A stretch of 63,395 bases of DNA, counting the filler, from Sphacelaria rigidula (lineage: Eukaryota): the NCBI GenBank assembly GCA_964200075.2. It is 10 parts of 10 records of this genome, joined end to end, with 100 filler letters (N's around TTAATTAATTAA, not from the genome) between each part and the next. Parts side by side here need not be neighbours in the genome. Positions count along the whole stretch, not along the records: positions 38,100 to 44,348 come from CAXNAA020021234.1; positions 44,449 to 50,697 come from CAXNAA020021235.1; positions 50,798 to 57,046 come from CAXNAA020021236.1; 7 more parts are not named here. One strand, 5' to 3'. The notes beneath the pieces were generated by a model. It was not told where the DNA came from and searched no databases. It saw nothing but the letters and a program-made list of their open reading frames with translations. Position numbers and translations under genes: made by a program. Below, one piece after another: positions 38,000 to 51,793 of this stretch. Within the stretch, counting starts at the first letter, position 1. The number at the start of each line of letters is the position of its first letter.

Positions 38000-39332
38000 N
38001 NNNNNNNNNNNNNNNNNNNNNNNNNNNNNNNNNNNNNNNNNNNTTAATTAATTAANNNNNNNNNNNNNNNNNNNNNNNNNNNNNNNNNNNNNNNNNNNNA
38101 GTCATGCTCGTTGTGTTTTCAAAAAACATCCACGAGTGCAGTCGTTTCGACGAGTAATGACTCGTCCGACGCATTCATCATTTCTTACGAGAGCTTGGCA
38201 AGGCATGAATACCGCGACCCTCCAAGAAGACGGACGGGACCGGGGCTACCGCCCCGGTCCCGAACGGCTGGTACATATATATAATATATATATATTGCGC
38301 ACGCTCATCGCATAGCTGTTGTGCAGCCAATATATATAAACACGCTCGCGGAGGAATATATTGAGCGTTTTCGGCACGTGGTGATACATCTTTCAATGGC
38401 GCCCGCGAACATAAAAGTGCCCACTTCACTAACTACAATACACTTTCCAATCTAGATGTTAACTCATCACTACATATTGCTACACAAATATGTTTTGTGA
38501 TCGTCGGTTCCCTCGTGTTTTGTCCGCCCAATACTGGACGCATTGACGCACGACATATTGGGGCGGCAATATGTATGTCAATAGACCCGGAGTTTTGGTC
38601 GAACATCTATGTTTGACAACATGACTACTTGATTATAGACTCCAAGAAAGTTCTGAGAAAAATATGGTTTGGGACAGGTAAGCAGTAGACCCAATTCGTC
38701 CAGAACGCGTTTTTGTCGAAATCGGCGCCTGCAGCGTCGATTTCAGGTCTGCCAACGCACACTCTGCGTAGGGGGACCTATCCACCCCCCTTGCCGGAAG
38801 GTCTCGTCCGCCCTGGGTTGGGGTTAGGGTTGGTGAGCGTTATGGTTAATTTGTTCGAAAAAATAAACCATAGATATACGACCACAATTCTAGGTCGCCT
38901 CATAATATTGGCGCTTCGGGTGTTGAGTACATTGAATCGTCAATATATATTGACCTCGGGTGGCAGCCAATATATTACTCGACAAATATAAGATATATAT
39001 ATATATATTGGTGCCTTACCGCACCAACATATTACTTTACCAATATATGTTGAGTCGTGCGTGTCGTGATTCATTATTCGGTCGATGTATATATTGCATA
39101 TCGCGAGCCTTCACATATTCATGGCACGATATGTATTGACCTGTCTCTCGTGCCATCACATCGCTCGCCCAATAAATATTCACCACCCAACGCGTCGACG
39201 TATTGAGCGGGCAATATATATTACATACTGCATTGTCCAGGGTGTGAAGTGTACACATTCCGAGTTCGTGATTCGTGCGGTACACCGTCGAAGGTACATG
39301 TATCCTGTCTTCCTTACATACGGTGTTAATTA

Positions 39333-40204
39333 CAGTTGGCGGCCCTGTATAGTGCGGTTCATATAGTGCGGGTGTCCGATATTGTGCGAGTGAAATCGCT
39401 TGGCACAACTTAGACCCCCCTATAGTGCGGGTACCGCACTATAGAGTGAGTGACTCTATAATGCGGTTTTGGCTCACTCCACGACCCTATATAATGCGGG
39501 TCTGACGTCACCCCCGCCCTAAATGCGGTCAAACCACCGCAGATACACGCACAAATCACGCGCAAAACACAACCACCAATGGTACAGCACTGAGCGAGGG
39601 TGTCGGGGTCGTGTTGAAACGGCGTGCCGTGTAAGTTTCGTTTTCTTTTTAGTTGAATTGTTTGGTGAACCCTGTCATAATTTTCATACGTAGTAAGACG
39701 TCCGAGTCAGATGCCCAGTACAGCACTGCGCAGATACCGGAACGACTTTTTAATGTGAAGACAACAACAACAAGTAAAGAAGTGGAACGGCGAAAACAAA
39801 ATGAACCATCCATGGGGCCTTGCACACACAGCCTGTTGGTACGCTCACGGTATGAACATGTCATGAACCAAGTACGGTACAGCAGTACTGTCCTGCTGTA
39901 CTGTCGTTTCACCTGCTGCAATATGTGTCATCTCCGCATCACGAACATGCGCAGGTTCCTATCCGTGTAGACAACACATGCAACACCCTGTATGCCTTCA
40001 TACACATCGCTGTAGGCTGCCTCGTATGCTTTAAACTAATATAATCGTCAATAGTGCGCCTTCCCGCACTATTGGGGGCTCTTCGAACCCTGAAAAGTGC
40101 GTTAAAGCGCACTAATCAGGTCGGTTTTTATATGGTGCGGGTGCCCGGAAAAGTGAGGGTAAATTTTCGTGACACATACCCGCACTACATAGGGCAACAT
40201 ACTG
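39333..40204. mobile_element. Non-autonomous Tc1/pogo-like element
   Basis: TA|CAGT...ACTG|TA termini, 25-bp TIR (19/25 match), and multiple subterminal (T/A)AGTGCGG motifs at both ends. Confidence 0.65.
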
Positions 40205-42067
40205 TATGGGTACATATTCATCCCCTAGATTTTATGCGCGATGAATCATGTGTACATTTTACTCACCCTTTGGTTGGTGTTGCCAGCAGATTGAACAGCA
40301 TGCGTACACCGTGAACCGGGTTCCAAGATATATGCATGACGATATAGTCAAGTTTGCACTGCTTTCAGGACGGGACAATATGTGCGATCACAACCTGATT
40401 TATTCTATAACCGCGTCTTTGAACCCATCCATAACATACCATGACTTTGAGATGCTCTAAAATGCGGATAACGTGTGCCAGCGGCCACCCGTACATCCCC
40501 TTTCGTGTGGGGGGTGGATCGAGGTGAATCATTTGCGGTTCGACGAAAGGCCGTCGGCGCTGCCGCCCTGCTGCATAACACCGTTCGTAAGGGGCACCGA
40601 TATTGTTCCACAGTTGTGAGGGAGATTGTGCTTTGTTCCTTTCGCGCATCTGAATTTTTCGCACTACACTCTCTTCGCTGTACATCCGATTAGGTGTAAT
40701 CCGACTCGTACTTTACTGCAATCTGGTCGGCAACGATTCGCCCCGATCCTCAAATCGCACATGCCGCTATGCTCCGGTCTTCCACATGATGACGTGCGGG
40801 CGTGTGTGTCGGCAACACTGTCCACACAGGTGTTTGCGCCTTGCATGCATTGTCGGACCTTCTGGGTTTGCGAACGATCTGCGGGGCGACCAGCGGCAGG
40901 TTTCTTGGTAGTTGAGTCTTTCGGCCTTATTGGCGATTTGTAACTTGAAAAAATAAGGTATACTTGTGACAATTCGGCGTTTCTTTTCTCTCCCCGTTGG
41001 ACTCGGGGGAGCTACTTCTCACCGATTTTCGTGGCGTCTCTCTTCTTATTTTTATTTTTGGCAATGCGCCTTGTAAGGAATAGCAGGGACGGTATTGGGA
41101 AGGCGAGCGTACGTCTGTGACCATGGGTTCGCGAGATCGGACTAAAGTGCGGAAATAATAATAAAAAAATCGGCGTATTTTCGGCCGAACCCGCGGTAAG
41201 GTCAACATTGAGCAACAAAGGGTACAGTATGCACGTGAGCATGAAGGGGTACACGAATGAAAAATAATGGGTATGATATCATTTTTAGATGAGAGTCGGG
41301 TGTACCCTGCTGCATTGTTGACAAAATCTGGCGCTCTAACACGCTCTCGTTTCCGCGCCCTATAATAGTCAAGCCTGTTGTCATGTGTAAAAACAACGGG
41401 TGGGGCATGCTGCCCAAGTATGTTGGCGTGGACCTGAAGCGCTGGAACGTGTTTTCGAGGTGCTCAGCTCGCGTGCAGCGCCACGCCCCGACCGGAAACG
41501 TGCACCACCATTTTGGTTACTAAAACCACCCGGTATTCATTTCTTCGTACATTTCCCAAAACATTATGTACACCTGGGTGCACGCTCGAACCTCGAATGC
41601 ACCCTAGGATGACGGCAAAAACACATGAGGTTTGTCGTTGTCACATGGTGGCAACTCGTAACGCAAGCATTGTCTCTGCTTGCTTTTGTGGGCTCTGCGT
41701 GGAATACTGACTGTACTGCACAATGCAGCAGCACACTTACGAAATTGCACCATATAGCCGATCTGTTACTCACAGCAAGACTATCTTCGTGCAAGGCAAT
41801 CACGATAACCCTGACCCCGCTGTGGCGTGTGGTGGCATCACGATGTCGTTGTGCACGCGTTTGGCGGCAGGGTGTGGCGGCAAGACGCTTCGCACGCCCT
41901 CGGATCGCAGAACCCCTAACACTCACACATCGCCGGATCTTCTGGATATGCGGAGTAATAAGCAGCAGACCACAATTTCTGGCTCGTTGAGCTTCTCGGC
42001 CTTTTCGGGAACATATAGCGTGACAAAATAGGCAAAAGGTATACCCACCTATAAAGGAGGATCCTTA

Positions 42068-43535
42068 TTTCCCCCGTCACATTTTATCATGACCGATCCC
42101 GCGTTGATTTTTTTCATTCAGGAGTTCACATTTTTTTAATCTGCGGCCGGTTACGGATGTTGGCGAACAAAGTGAAGCCTTCACGTGTACCGGAGTGCAC
42201 GCAGTAGTCAGTAGTTATATCCTCTGCATCTGCATCCACTGTCATGTACGTGCATCTGCATGTAGCCTCGAACCCTACAGTGAAGACGGGATAGTGCTGT
42301 GCTGTATTGGCAACGCACAGCCACCTATACTGTGCTCGCGAGTACAGCCCGTGCGTGTAACCTGGCACTACTGTATTGTCTGTGCTTGCAGAGTACAGCC
42401 TGCACTTGGACATGCAGGAGCACAAGGTTACAGCGCAAAAAGTGCCGGGGTTCGCGTCCAAGTCAGCTGAGTAATGCAAGAACGGGAAAACCTCAGTAAC
42501 CATCCTGGGTGAATCTGTCGTGTGCCTCCTTCTATTTGATGCGATGGCAACACAATCAAAATCACAAGACATTTCTTCAATGGCATTTGTTGGGAGCAGT
42601 GTCTCTCCTCCAAAAACCAGCTCGAAAAATACATGTGAGCACGCCACGTTTGGCAAACAAATGCACCTGAAATGTCTTGCTTTCATAATTGTATCGGTCC
42701 TAACTTTGAGAGTCTCTCGATGATGAACATCGGGGTCAAAATGGACAACCCCCCTTCGCATGACTCTGAACATCTATTGAAAATGATCGCACAATTTAAG
42801 GGAAACGGTAAGCACGTAGAAGACGAAACGAAAAAAATGTGAGTATACAGCAGCGACAAACGCATGGAGGACCGAAGAAGTATCGAAGTCCAGCCAGCAC
42901 GAGTCAATGTTGAGCACGACGGAAAACACCCAATTCGATCGTTCATCATCCGGTGGTGCCGTGGATGACATTTTGTTTCTCGAAATGATGCGCACAGTAC
43001 ATCCTGCACGATGTGGACTTTACGGTATAACAGTAGTACAATGCAGTGTCAGGGTGTTACAGCAGGGCACATGAGTATTCACAAGTACAGGCCGTGGATT
43101 TTGCGAACAGTACGACATTACAACAACAGGCTGTGCTTCACAAACACGGCACAGCTGTAGGCTGTACTTGTAACCTTGTGCTCCTGCATGTCCAAGTACA
43201 GGCTGTACTCTGCAAGCACAGACAATACAGTAGTGCCAGGTTACACGCACGGGCTGTACTCGCGAGCACAGTATAGGTGGCTGTGCATTGCCAATACAGC
43301 ACAGCACTATCCCGTCTTCCCTGTAGGGTTCGAGGCTACATGCAGATGCACGTACATGACAGTGGATGCCGATGCAGAGGATATGACTACTGACTACTGC
43401 GTGCACTCCGGTACACGTGAAGGCTTCACTTTGTTCGCCAACATCCGTAACGGGCCGCAGATTAAAAAAATGTGGACTCCTGAATTAAAAAAAATCAACG
43501 CGGGATCGGTCACGATACAATGTGACGGAGGGAAA
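42068..43535. mobile_element. ~1.47-kb element with ~360-bp near-identical terminal inverted repeats
   Basis: 42068-42432 is the reverse complement of ~43169-43535 with only scattered substitutions; ORF pairs 42126-/43176+ and 42195+/43020- mirror each other. Termini read TTCCC(T/C)CCGTCAC. Confidence 0.85.
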
Positions 43536-45945
43536 AAGCAGTGTTGTTCCTTTTCAATATGATGGAGGCATTGTACGGAAATTATAATTCATCATCCGCG
43601 GGGTCAATTGGAGACGGTCATACTCTAAGGCCTGACATATGTTGAGACTAGAGGGGCAGACGTCCTTGGAAGAGAGGTCTCCACATCAGCACGAATACCT
43701 GGCGCTACAGACCAGCTTTCGCGCGTTTGACAGCCAGATGGAAAATGATGCATATCACTACGAATGTAGAAAGCGCTTATTGCACGATATGTATCTGCGC
43801 AATTTAATACCCGAGGGAGTTGACACTGTGTGTTCCTAGTGCCAGTACAACGAATACCGTAGAACTGACTGTACGATGCGAGCCGCGCCTGGACAGGGGT
43901 AGAATACCCGCGGTCCATTCGTGAAAAAAAAATGCAAGTCGCACTCTGTCCTATTCTGAAACCAAGTGAAAACTCTGCACAGGGGTGATCACGCTTGCCA
44001 GGGAAAGGTGAATATCTTCACGTGGGAGCACACCACGGAAGAATATCTGATTGATTCTGATAGAAAAAAAACTACAGCAACTACCCCTTTCATTTCAGAC
44101 CATCGTGGTAACGCCCACGCCAAGTCTGGCACTGTGAGGGGGGAGACGTTGCCCCCTGCCCGAGCAGGTCCGCAGTGGTCCTTGACAAAGGACACCCATC
44201 TCCTTGGCTGCGTTGTGCGGTCGCGTCTTGCTCGGCACGGCGTGTAAAACTCAGGGGCATCTGCCTCTAACATATGGAGAACCTTCACTAGTGGTTACTT
44301 CCGGCCTTGGTGCCAGCCTCGACCAACAGGGGGCCGATGTTTTCAAGANNNNNNNNNNNNNNNNNNNNNNNNNNNNNNNNNNNNNNNNNNNNTTAATTAA
44401 TTAANNNNNNNNNNNNNNNNNNNNNNNNNNNNNNNNNNNNNNNNNNNNAAATGAGTACGCCCCCCCCCCCCAAAAGTGCATGTTTTTGGGGGGCAAAATC
44501 TCCACGTAAATCGAAATGGGAAAAACCGAGCACAACGAGCAGCTGGGGATTCCCACGCTTGGGTTCTTGCTCTAGCCAGTGTCGCCAATATGAAGCGCTT
44601 TATGCAGCCTGAACACAAACATCAGGCGCTGTATGGCCATTTTTTTAGTGACACTTATGGGCTGGTTTTTTGGGGGGGCTATCGTAGAAAGTGTCAAAGC
44701 ACCCCCTACATACCAAATACCACCCCCGGGTGGAATTGTTTCGGTTCCCAATGTTGTTACAAAGGGGTCGCATACATCGTCAACTACGACACTCGCAGAG
44801 GTTTGTTATCATCCCACCTATTCTGGACGCCAGTCTACACCTTTCGGCACTGTATGTGCGGGCGAATCAGCCGGGATCACACGGGAGGAAGGCAAACGCA
44901 CGAGCTTTTTTTTTTGCTTCTTGTTTTTTATTACTCCATCTTTCTTCTGCGGCGCTTGCCTTACCTTTATCGCGAGAGGTGTTCAGCGAGAGGCTGGCAA
45001 GTTTGGCTCCATGTAGTGCAAACATTTCAACCCATTCGGCATCATCATTATTTTCTGCCCACGCTGTATGTTACGTATGACACCCCGAGACAATGAGAGG
45101 ATCCCATATGGCTCTTCTCTGCGATAAGCAAGGCCGCTCCCGCACCGGCCATGAACAAGACTGCCATTTTGTGGAAAGAGTGCGAGGGATGAGATATGTC
45201 CGAGGACACACCTTTGGGGTGCTCTCGGCATAACAGACGAAGGGAGACGACGCCAATGTTCATACGCAACCACTGCCGCGAGGACGCAGTCATCTTCCAT
45301 TGGTCAAGAACAAAGCGACGCACAACGTTTGATGCACCCCTCGTCGCGTTAACCCTTCAAACAGTACGGCTGTGTAACTCCTCGAAGATTTGATGGGACG
45401 AAAAAGCCCTGTACTGATGCTGGGCTGTAAACATCTCACGATGGAACTGGAACATACACTTTGTCATGAAACTGGATGGCAACACCCTAAACAAAGCTCC
45501 GGATGATTCATAGTGAGGGTTACCCTATACCACAACTGGGTGGGAAGGAAAGTACGTGGAGTTAGGTTCACTAAGAAGTAAGGGGGAGAAAAAAAGGACA
45601 ATCGAGTTTTCGAGTGGTGGACAAAACAGGGCGCGAATATTTTCATTGATCAAAGGCAGCTTGGTCGGCAGCTATCGGGAAATCCGAAAAATTGGACCGA
45701 AGTTTGCCTATGGATACAAAGTGAGACCGAACGTGTATATGATATCGAACTCAGCAGCATGTCACGGGTACAAGGTTCCATACCGTATACAATTTCGACC
45801 TCAGTTCGTCCCAGTAGAAAACTCTCGCTCCCATTTTCCAGGATCACCTCATAGCTGATGACACCCACGGTCTTCAGTTTCATCAGGTCTCAATGTTATT
45901 GCTGGTCACGTGTTTTTCTCAATAGTGGAGTGAAAAAATACGCAC

Positions 45946-46251
45946 CGCATAGAGACTTCGTTTCCTGCGGGTACCGATCAGTGTGCTCCGCCTCCGACTG
46001 GACAGAGGCGCTTGCGCTTGTAGGGTGTCCATGACCCCCACTCCCGACACCGACGCCCCAGCTCCAGCACTAGCCTCAGCTGGCACGGGCGCGGTAACCG
46101 CAAATGGTTTGCTGCGGTTGAATGTGTCATGGTCCATCTCAAGCAGCTGGCACAAGATCTGCACGAGATTCGAACGATTACAACAGTCGTACGGACAGTT
46201 CTTAGTATCATCAGGAGTCGATACACGCGTCGTTCGATATCTGGGCGACGG
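45946..46251 (-). CDS. Possible isolated exon of an unknown protein
   Basis: GC-rich 306-nt open frame (PSPRYRTT...QILCQLLEMDHDTF...RRKRSLYA) bounded by a TAG acceptor and a GTGCGT donor. No recognisable domain and no partner exon found. Confidence 0.3.
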
Positions 46252-48635
46252 CTAACTACTACTATAAAAGCAAATGTTTAGAAAAACCCGGGAGATGGGG
46301 ACCAGAGGTGCACGGTAGAAAACAGTTTTGCACATAGGATGATTCATGATGCGTACGGGTTGTATCATCACGAATGTCCCGCGGAAGTTCCGTGACGAGG
46401 AGTCAGAGCGCACGGATCACGGGGTGAAAATGTAGGTTCGGAGTAGTATCGCGCGAATGACGATGAGTAAACAAAAAAGCGAATGATGAAGGAGTGAAAT
46501 GACTTCGGATTCATGGTGGATGATTCACTTGTTGCGGAAGAAATGTCAGTTCGACTCATGCCGCGCGAATTACAGATGGGAAAGATTGTACGTTTGATCC
46601 ATGCCGTGCGAACAACAAGCGCGGGAAAAAAATGTATGATTCATGCTGTATGAATGACAGATGACGAAGGTTCAAAGTACGCATGGGTCATGCGGAATAA
46701 ATTTCAAGTGGGGACGATGGACGTCTTATTTATGCGGTACGAATGACGGGTGGAGTAAGTGTAAGCTTGACTCATTCCGTATCAATCCCAGATGAAGAAA
46801 TTACGCTTGATTCTTCCCGTACGAGTGGCGAGTAGGGAAAATACGAATGAGTCATGCTGTATGGATCACAGGTAAAGAGGAGACGTGCACGTTCGAACTT
46901 GTACAGCGCGAACCATGGATGATAGAGTTTCCCCTGGATTGGGTGTGTAACATTTAATTGAGAATGATAACTCAAAAACCAAATTCTATCGACTGATATT
47001 TCTTGTGCAATAGCTCGCCGAGCTAGTCGAGGAGTGGCTCAAATGCAAGCCGTTAGTCGAGGGACGATTCCCATGCACACACATATGTAAATATATTTGC
47101 ATGGGTGTATGTATTGCATTGGCCTTGTCAATCAGCAGAATTTGGAACTCTAGATCTCTAGAAATGGTCGATTAATGCCTGAAACACTTTCACTGCCGAT
47201 AAACCCCTCCGGGACTTACACGCTTTCTGTAGTAGCTTGCCGTTGAGTCTTTCGACACCCCTGAGTAAGATATGCACGTGTATGTGTGAACACCGGGCGT
47301 TGTTGCACGGAAAACACACACGCGTAACGAGAAACCGGTCAGTTTCGAGCGAATAATGAAACCCACTCTCAATTAAATACCAAGAACTAAACCTGGCGAA
47401 AGGTTTCTCAAGTCCACAATATGCACGAATCATAGGTTTTGTACCAATTTCATCCTTGATTCGTGCGAAATTTTGATGCGGGCGAATCATGATTCATTTT
47501 AACATATGTTTGAAAAGTTTTGAGATGCGATAGGCGACGTAATTGTACAATCTACACGACTTTTATCTGACACGTTATGGAATACTTCATGCAGCGGTTG
47601 CGGATAGAAAACTCTCTTGAACGACCTCTTTGCCAGCTGTTTCCATTTTGCATATGTGTTCATCCATGGGCAGTAATATTTTTGGTCTCTACTACTAATT
47701 GTCTACATTCAAGTACATTGTATCCTTTTTTCTTCTGGGATTCCATTTGAGTTCAAAGCCAGGTCAGATATAGATTTTACTGGTGTTGAGTTATGTGTAA
47801 ACATGTTCACGTTCATGGTCATGTTCATGCCCATGGTCATGTTCATGTTCACATTCATGTCTATTTTTTTCTATGCCCACGTTTATTCTGATATCTACGT
47901 CCATGTCTCCGTTAACGTTTATGTTCGTGTTCGCTCTTGTGCTTATATTATTCATATTTAGCATACCGTATATGACTATTTATTTTCAGGTTTGTGTTTG
48001 TATTTATGCTATGTTCTAACTCGTGTCCATATTCATACTCATATTTACTGTTCATGACTATTTATGCGCCACACAACTTCTTTTTTTACACGTCTTTATC
48101 TACTACGTTGTTCGATTCCACCTTTTCTGTTTCTTTCCCTTCCTTCAGCGAATGTTTCAGTTTTGTTTTTGTCTCAGGTACCTCCATTATGTGACCACGG
48201 CTGGCTCCCTGGGAGGTCAGGCAAAGTACGACAATCAATCAATCAAAGCCAATCAAACAGCCATCATCATGATACCCACCAGTTGTGAACGCCGGCGTAT
48301 TCCGGAAGTAAGCCCAACTCACAGTCTACCGTCGCGTGCGCGGCAACAAACAAATAACAAGAGGTGAGCAGACAAAATACCCACCTGTCTAAACGGAAAG
48401 AGGCTCGTGTGTCGCTCGTGCCTGTCGCCGGCTGAACAAAACGTTTGCAGTTCGTGCGCATCCATCATCCCCACCGCCTGCACACGTTGTTTCATCCGAA
48501 GCCGATGGTTGTATGTACTTCCTCGGCATAAACTTGTTGCTTAGTATTAACATTATCATCACAAGCATCAGGAACGGTCGTTCCTCGGCTTAATATCGTT
48601 GCATAATTTCAGCGCCATCATTACTAGTATAAGGA

Positions 48636-48888
48636 GACTGCTGCCGAGATAGCCCCCCCTCCAAAACCGGCCAAAAATGTGCACGGAGGCGATGATCATA
48701 AATGCCGCTAGAGCTGGTTTCGTGTTCCACGACGCGACTTATTTGGGCGTTATAGCTGATTTCGGACTGCTACAAGCCTTTCATGTGGGTGGCATTGCTG
48801 CAAATGAGCCCAATAGTGGGATCGCAGCCGGTTTGTCGGACGGTCTCCCGTGCACTTTTTGTGGAGGGGGGCTATCTCGGCATTAGTC
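48636..48888. mobile_element. MITE family B-related element (TIR GACTRMTGCCGAGATAGCCCCC; 4-bp TSD)
   Basis: Inverted termini GACTGCTGCCGAGATAGCCCCC / GGGGGCTATCTCGGCATTAGTC; TSD AGGA/AGGA; same size and C-run architecture as family B. Confidence 0.7.
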
Positions 48889-49080
48889 AGGAGCGTTACA
48901 AGGAATTGAACAAACTCCGCTGAACCCGAGGAACCGTTGTTCATTGAATGATCCATCGTCCATGAAGCCTGTTATTTTCAAGTTGTCATAAACACGATAT
49001 TTGGGAATGTAGTGTTGTTCGGATAATTGTATGTTTTTCGGGGAGTCGTTTTTGCCTCATCGAGGTAGACGAATACGTAC

Positions 49081-49093
49081 TTGTTGTTGTTGC

Positions 49094-49129
<36 letters not shown>
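49081..49129. repeat. (TTG)n microsatellite
   Basis: About 16 TTG units with one TGC interruption. Other microsatellites: (CAG) 2472 and 26674, (TAG) 22961, (CTG) 51764, (GAT) 52649, (GTT/GTG) 53979. Confidence 0.9.
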
Positions 49130-50202
49130 CTTCGCATTAAAAACGATTCCGATATCTGCGCAGTACTCTACACTGGGCATCTAATGCAGACGCCTTCCGT
49201 GGTCACAGGCTAGCTGCCCTCAAAATGGGTGAAACTGAGCGTTGAAATTGGTGATGAGAAAGCATAATAATGAAGCCATTGCGGTTTGTATTCAGATTCA
49301 ACAGAAAGAAGTCATAATTCATAAATCAACTCGCCACACCGAGTTCCTTGCGGATTAAACAGAATGCTCGATCTTGTGATGGTTAATCAAGCCTACTCGC
49401 TACTGACGTAGATCGAAAGTGAGTAGACCATTCGTTACTCTGTCGTACGTGACGCTTAATTACGCCTGGCGATATACAAAAAGGCCAATTTTTTTTGTGG
49501 ACAACTTATACTAGTCCGACATTACCCTTCACTGGTTCCCTTTGTGTTTTTTGCTCTAGGACTCTTGTTTTTAACAACCTGAAATTGGAAAGAAGATCCT
49601 AGTTGTGAAATGAGTCCCGCAGGCCTTGTCTGTTTCCGGTGTGCTTACGCCCCAACTCACTGGGAATCATTTTGAAGATGACAATGTTGTCGGAAACAAA
49701 AAGGGGTGCTTTTCTTACAAAATGAGCTCATGAAAAATTAAGGAAAGTCAGTTCTGACTGTCCAAGTAGTTGGTCAGAGGCGCTGTCACTGTAACTGTTC
49801 GAGGAAAACAAACGAAAATTCTCAAGAATGCAGAAACATTCAAGAAGGGACAACCCTGTCTACAGAAAACGTTGTCCCCTCGGTAACATGAGTGAGTTCC
49901 CAAAAGCACTCACCTTTGTTGAGTACGGATTTCGTGCACTCTAGGCGACCAAGGTTAAGGTGGCAAGGGTTCAACATTATGCAGCCACCCTTAGACCCTG
50001 GGGACCACTTTACCGCTCTGGGCGACTGCCTGAAACGGCTCACAGCCAATGCTTGCTCTATATGTACAGATATGAAATGCGCCTCGCGTTGGAGCACCCT
50101 TGGGCGGCGGAACTACAGCAGCGACCTTCAGCAGTCGGAACCTCAGACTTTCCTTCTTCGGTAACATAGGGAGCCACACCGTAGTGCCCCATTAAAAGGA
50201 TG

Positions 50203-50438
50203 CAAGGGTCGGACAAATAATGATTTGTCAGGAAATCACTTGGTTTTAGTATCATGAGTCGACTCGTGAAGAATCAATCCCTAGGCTTTATTTCGGCGTT
50301 GCAACCCAGTCACACGCAGCCCAGACACGTGGAATGGTGCAAACGTTGCGTGGCTACCCCTNNNNNNNNNNGGGCAATCGGGCCGAAGAAAATCGTGAAT
50401 TTGGTGATTTTGAGTCGTGATGATTTGTCCTAACGGTG
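50203..50438. mobile_element. hAT-type MITE family A, copy 4
   Basis: Same termini; perfect 8-bp TSD AAAGGATG on both sides; small internal N run. Confidence 0.85.
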
Positions 50439-51071
50439 AAAGGATGGTCCACATTTCTGGTGAAACTCCACGGGCCAGGCGCTAATTTTGGCGTCATGCT
50501 TTTGTTATTCATACTTTCATCTTTAGGTCTCATTTCTAATCCCTCCCCTTCCTCGAGACGCGTCCGTGGTCTCAAGGAGTCAATCCTTATCTGTCACAAC
50601 ATCTGTCAACATACTTCCTCTGTCCCATAAGTAAAGTCTGTTATGGGCTTTTAATCGTTTATGCATTCACACTCTTCCGATCATCCCATAGTTGGGTNNN
50701 NNNNNNNNNNNNNNNNNNNNNNNNNNNNNNNNNNNNNNNNNTTAATTAATTAANNNNNNNNNNNNNNNNNNNNNNNNNNNNNNNNNNNNNNNNNNNNATC
50801 ATGAGTGCACCCCCACCCCCCACCCCTTGTTCTGTGCGAGTTGGTTCGTTCCCTGCTTGCCTGTGTTTCATGCAGCAGTACAGTAGTAAGAAATACATGG
50901 GGAGGGAGGGGAGTAAAACTATCAACAGTCGTTATGGTCAAAGTCTCAAATATCTCAATAACACGTCGTTAACGGTACAGTTGGAAAACAACACTTTTTT
51001 TCCTTCATGCTTTGTAAAAATACCTTTCCATTCATTGCTTTGTCTTCTTCCCTTCTCCTTTCCTCACGCAG

Positions 51072-51762
51072 ACGAAACACGCACAATAGCGGCCCACCCC
51101 TCCAATTCGAAAGACGCTCCCGCGGCAGGATCGATGTTGCTTCCGGGCAAGAAACGCGCTAGGCTCATGCCACCCGATTCAAGGACGCACGAAAAAATCA
51201 CACCCGAGGCCGGTAAGAGCACGTGCTCTGCTGTGATAGGATCCAACTTCATGCTTTTTTTTTTTTTCGTTTCTCCCTTTTCCTTTTCTCTTTTTGTTCC
51301 ACGATTTTTTTCTTCCTTCTCTTCTCTCTTCTCTCTTTTTTTTTCTTTCAATTTTTTTTTTCCACATAACGGTATGATCGTTTCGGCTGTTCGTCGAATG
51401 CATATTGTATACCCCGCCACGGTAGTGTGTGTACCTGAAACATTGTCGAAGAGGTTATTAGGCTGGAGTTGACGGGTCAAATCCCAGCAGGTACTATATA
51501 TATTTTTTTTTGGGGGGGGGCAGGAGCGTCTGATTTCCGTTGTGAAAAAGACGGGGGCGTGAAGAGATTTGACTCTTTTGGACGAAAAATCGACGTGATG
51601 CCGAAATGTCAGCGGCACGACGGGAGAAAGATGCACTGAGTGATGCCTTGAGAGTACAGACCCGTTCCAATAAAGGAGAGGGGTTGGAGATGTGACGACA
51701 TCGTTTTGTATGAATATGTATATTCCATATTCCAGTACAGTGCATGTAGCCTATCACCTCTG

Positions 51763-51793
<31 letters not shown>

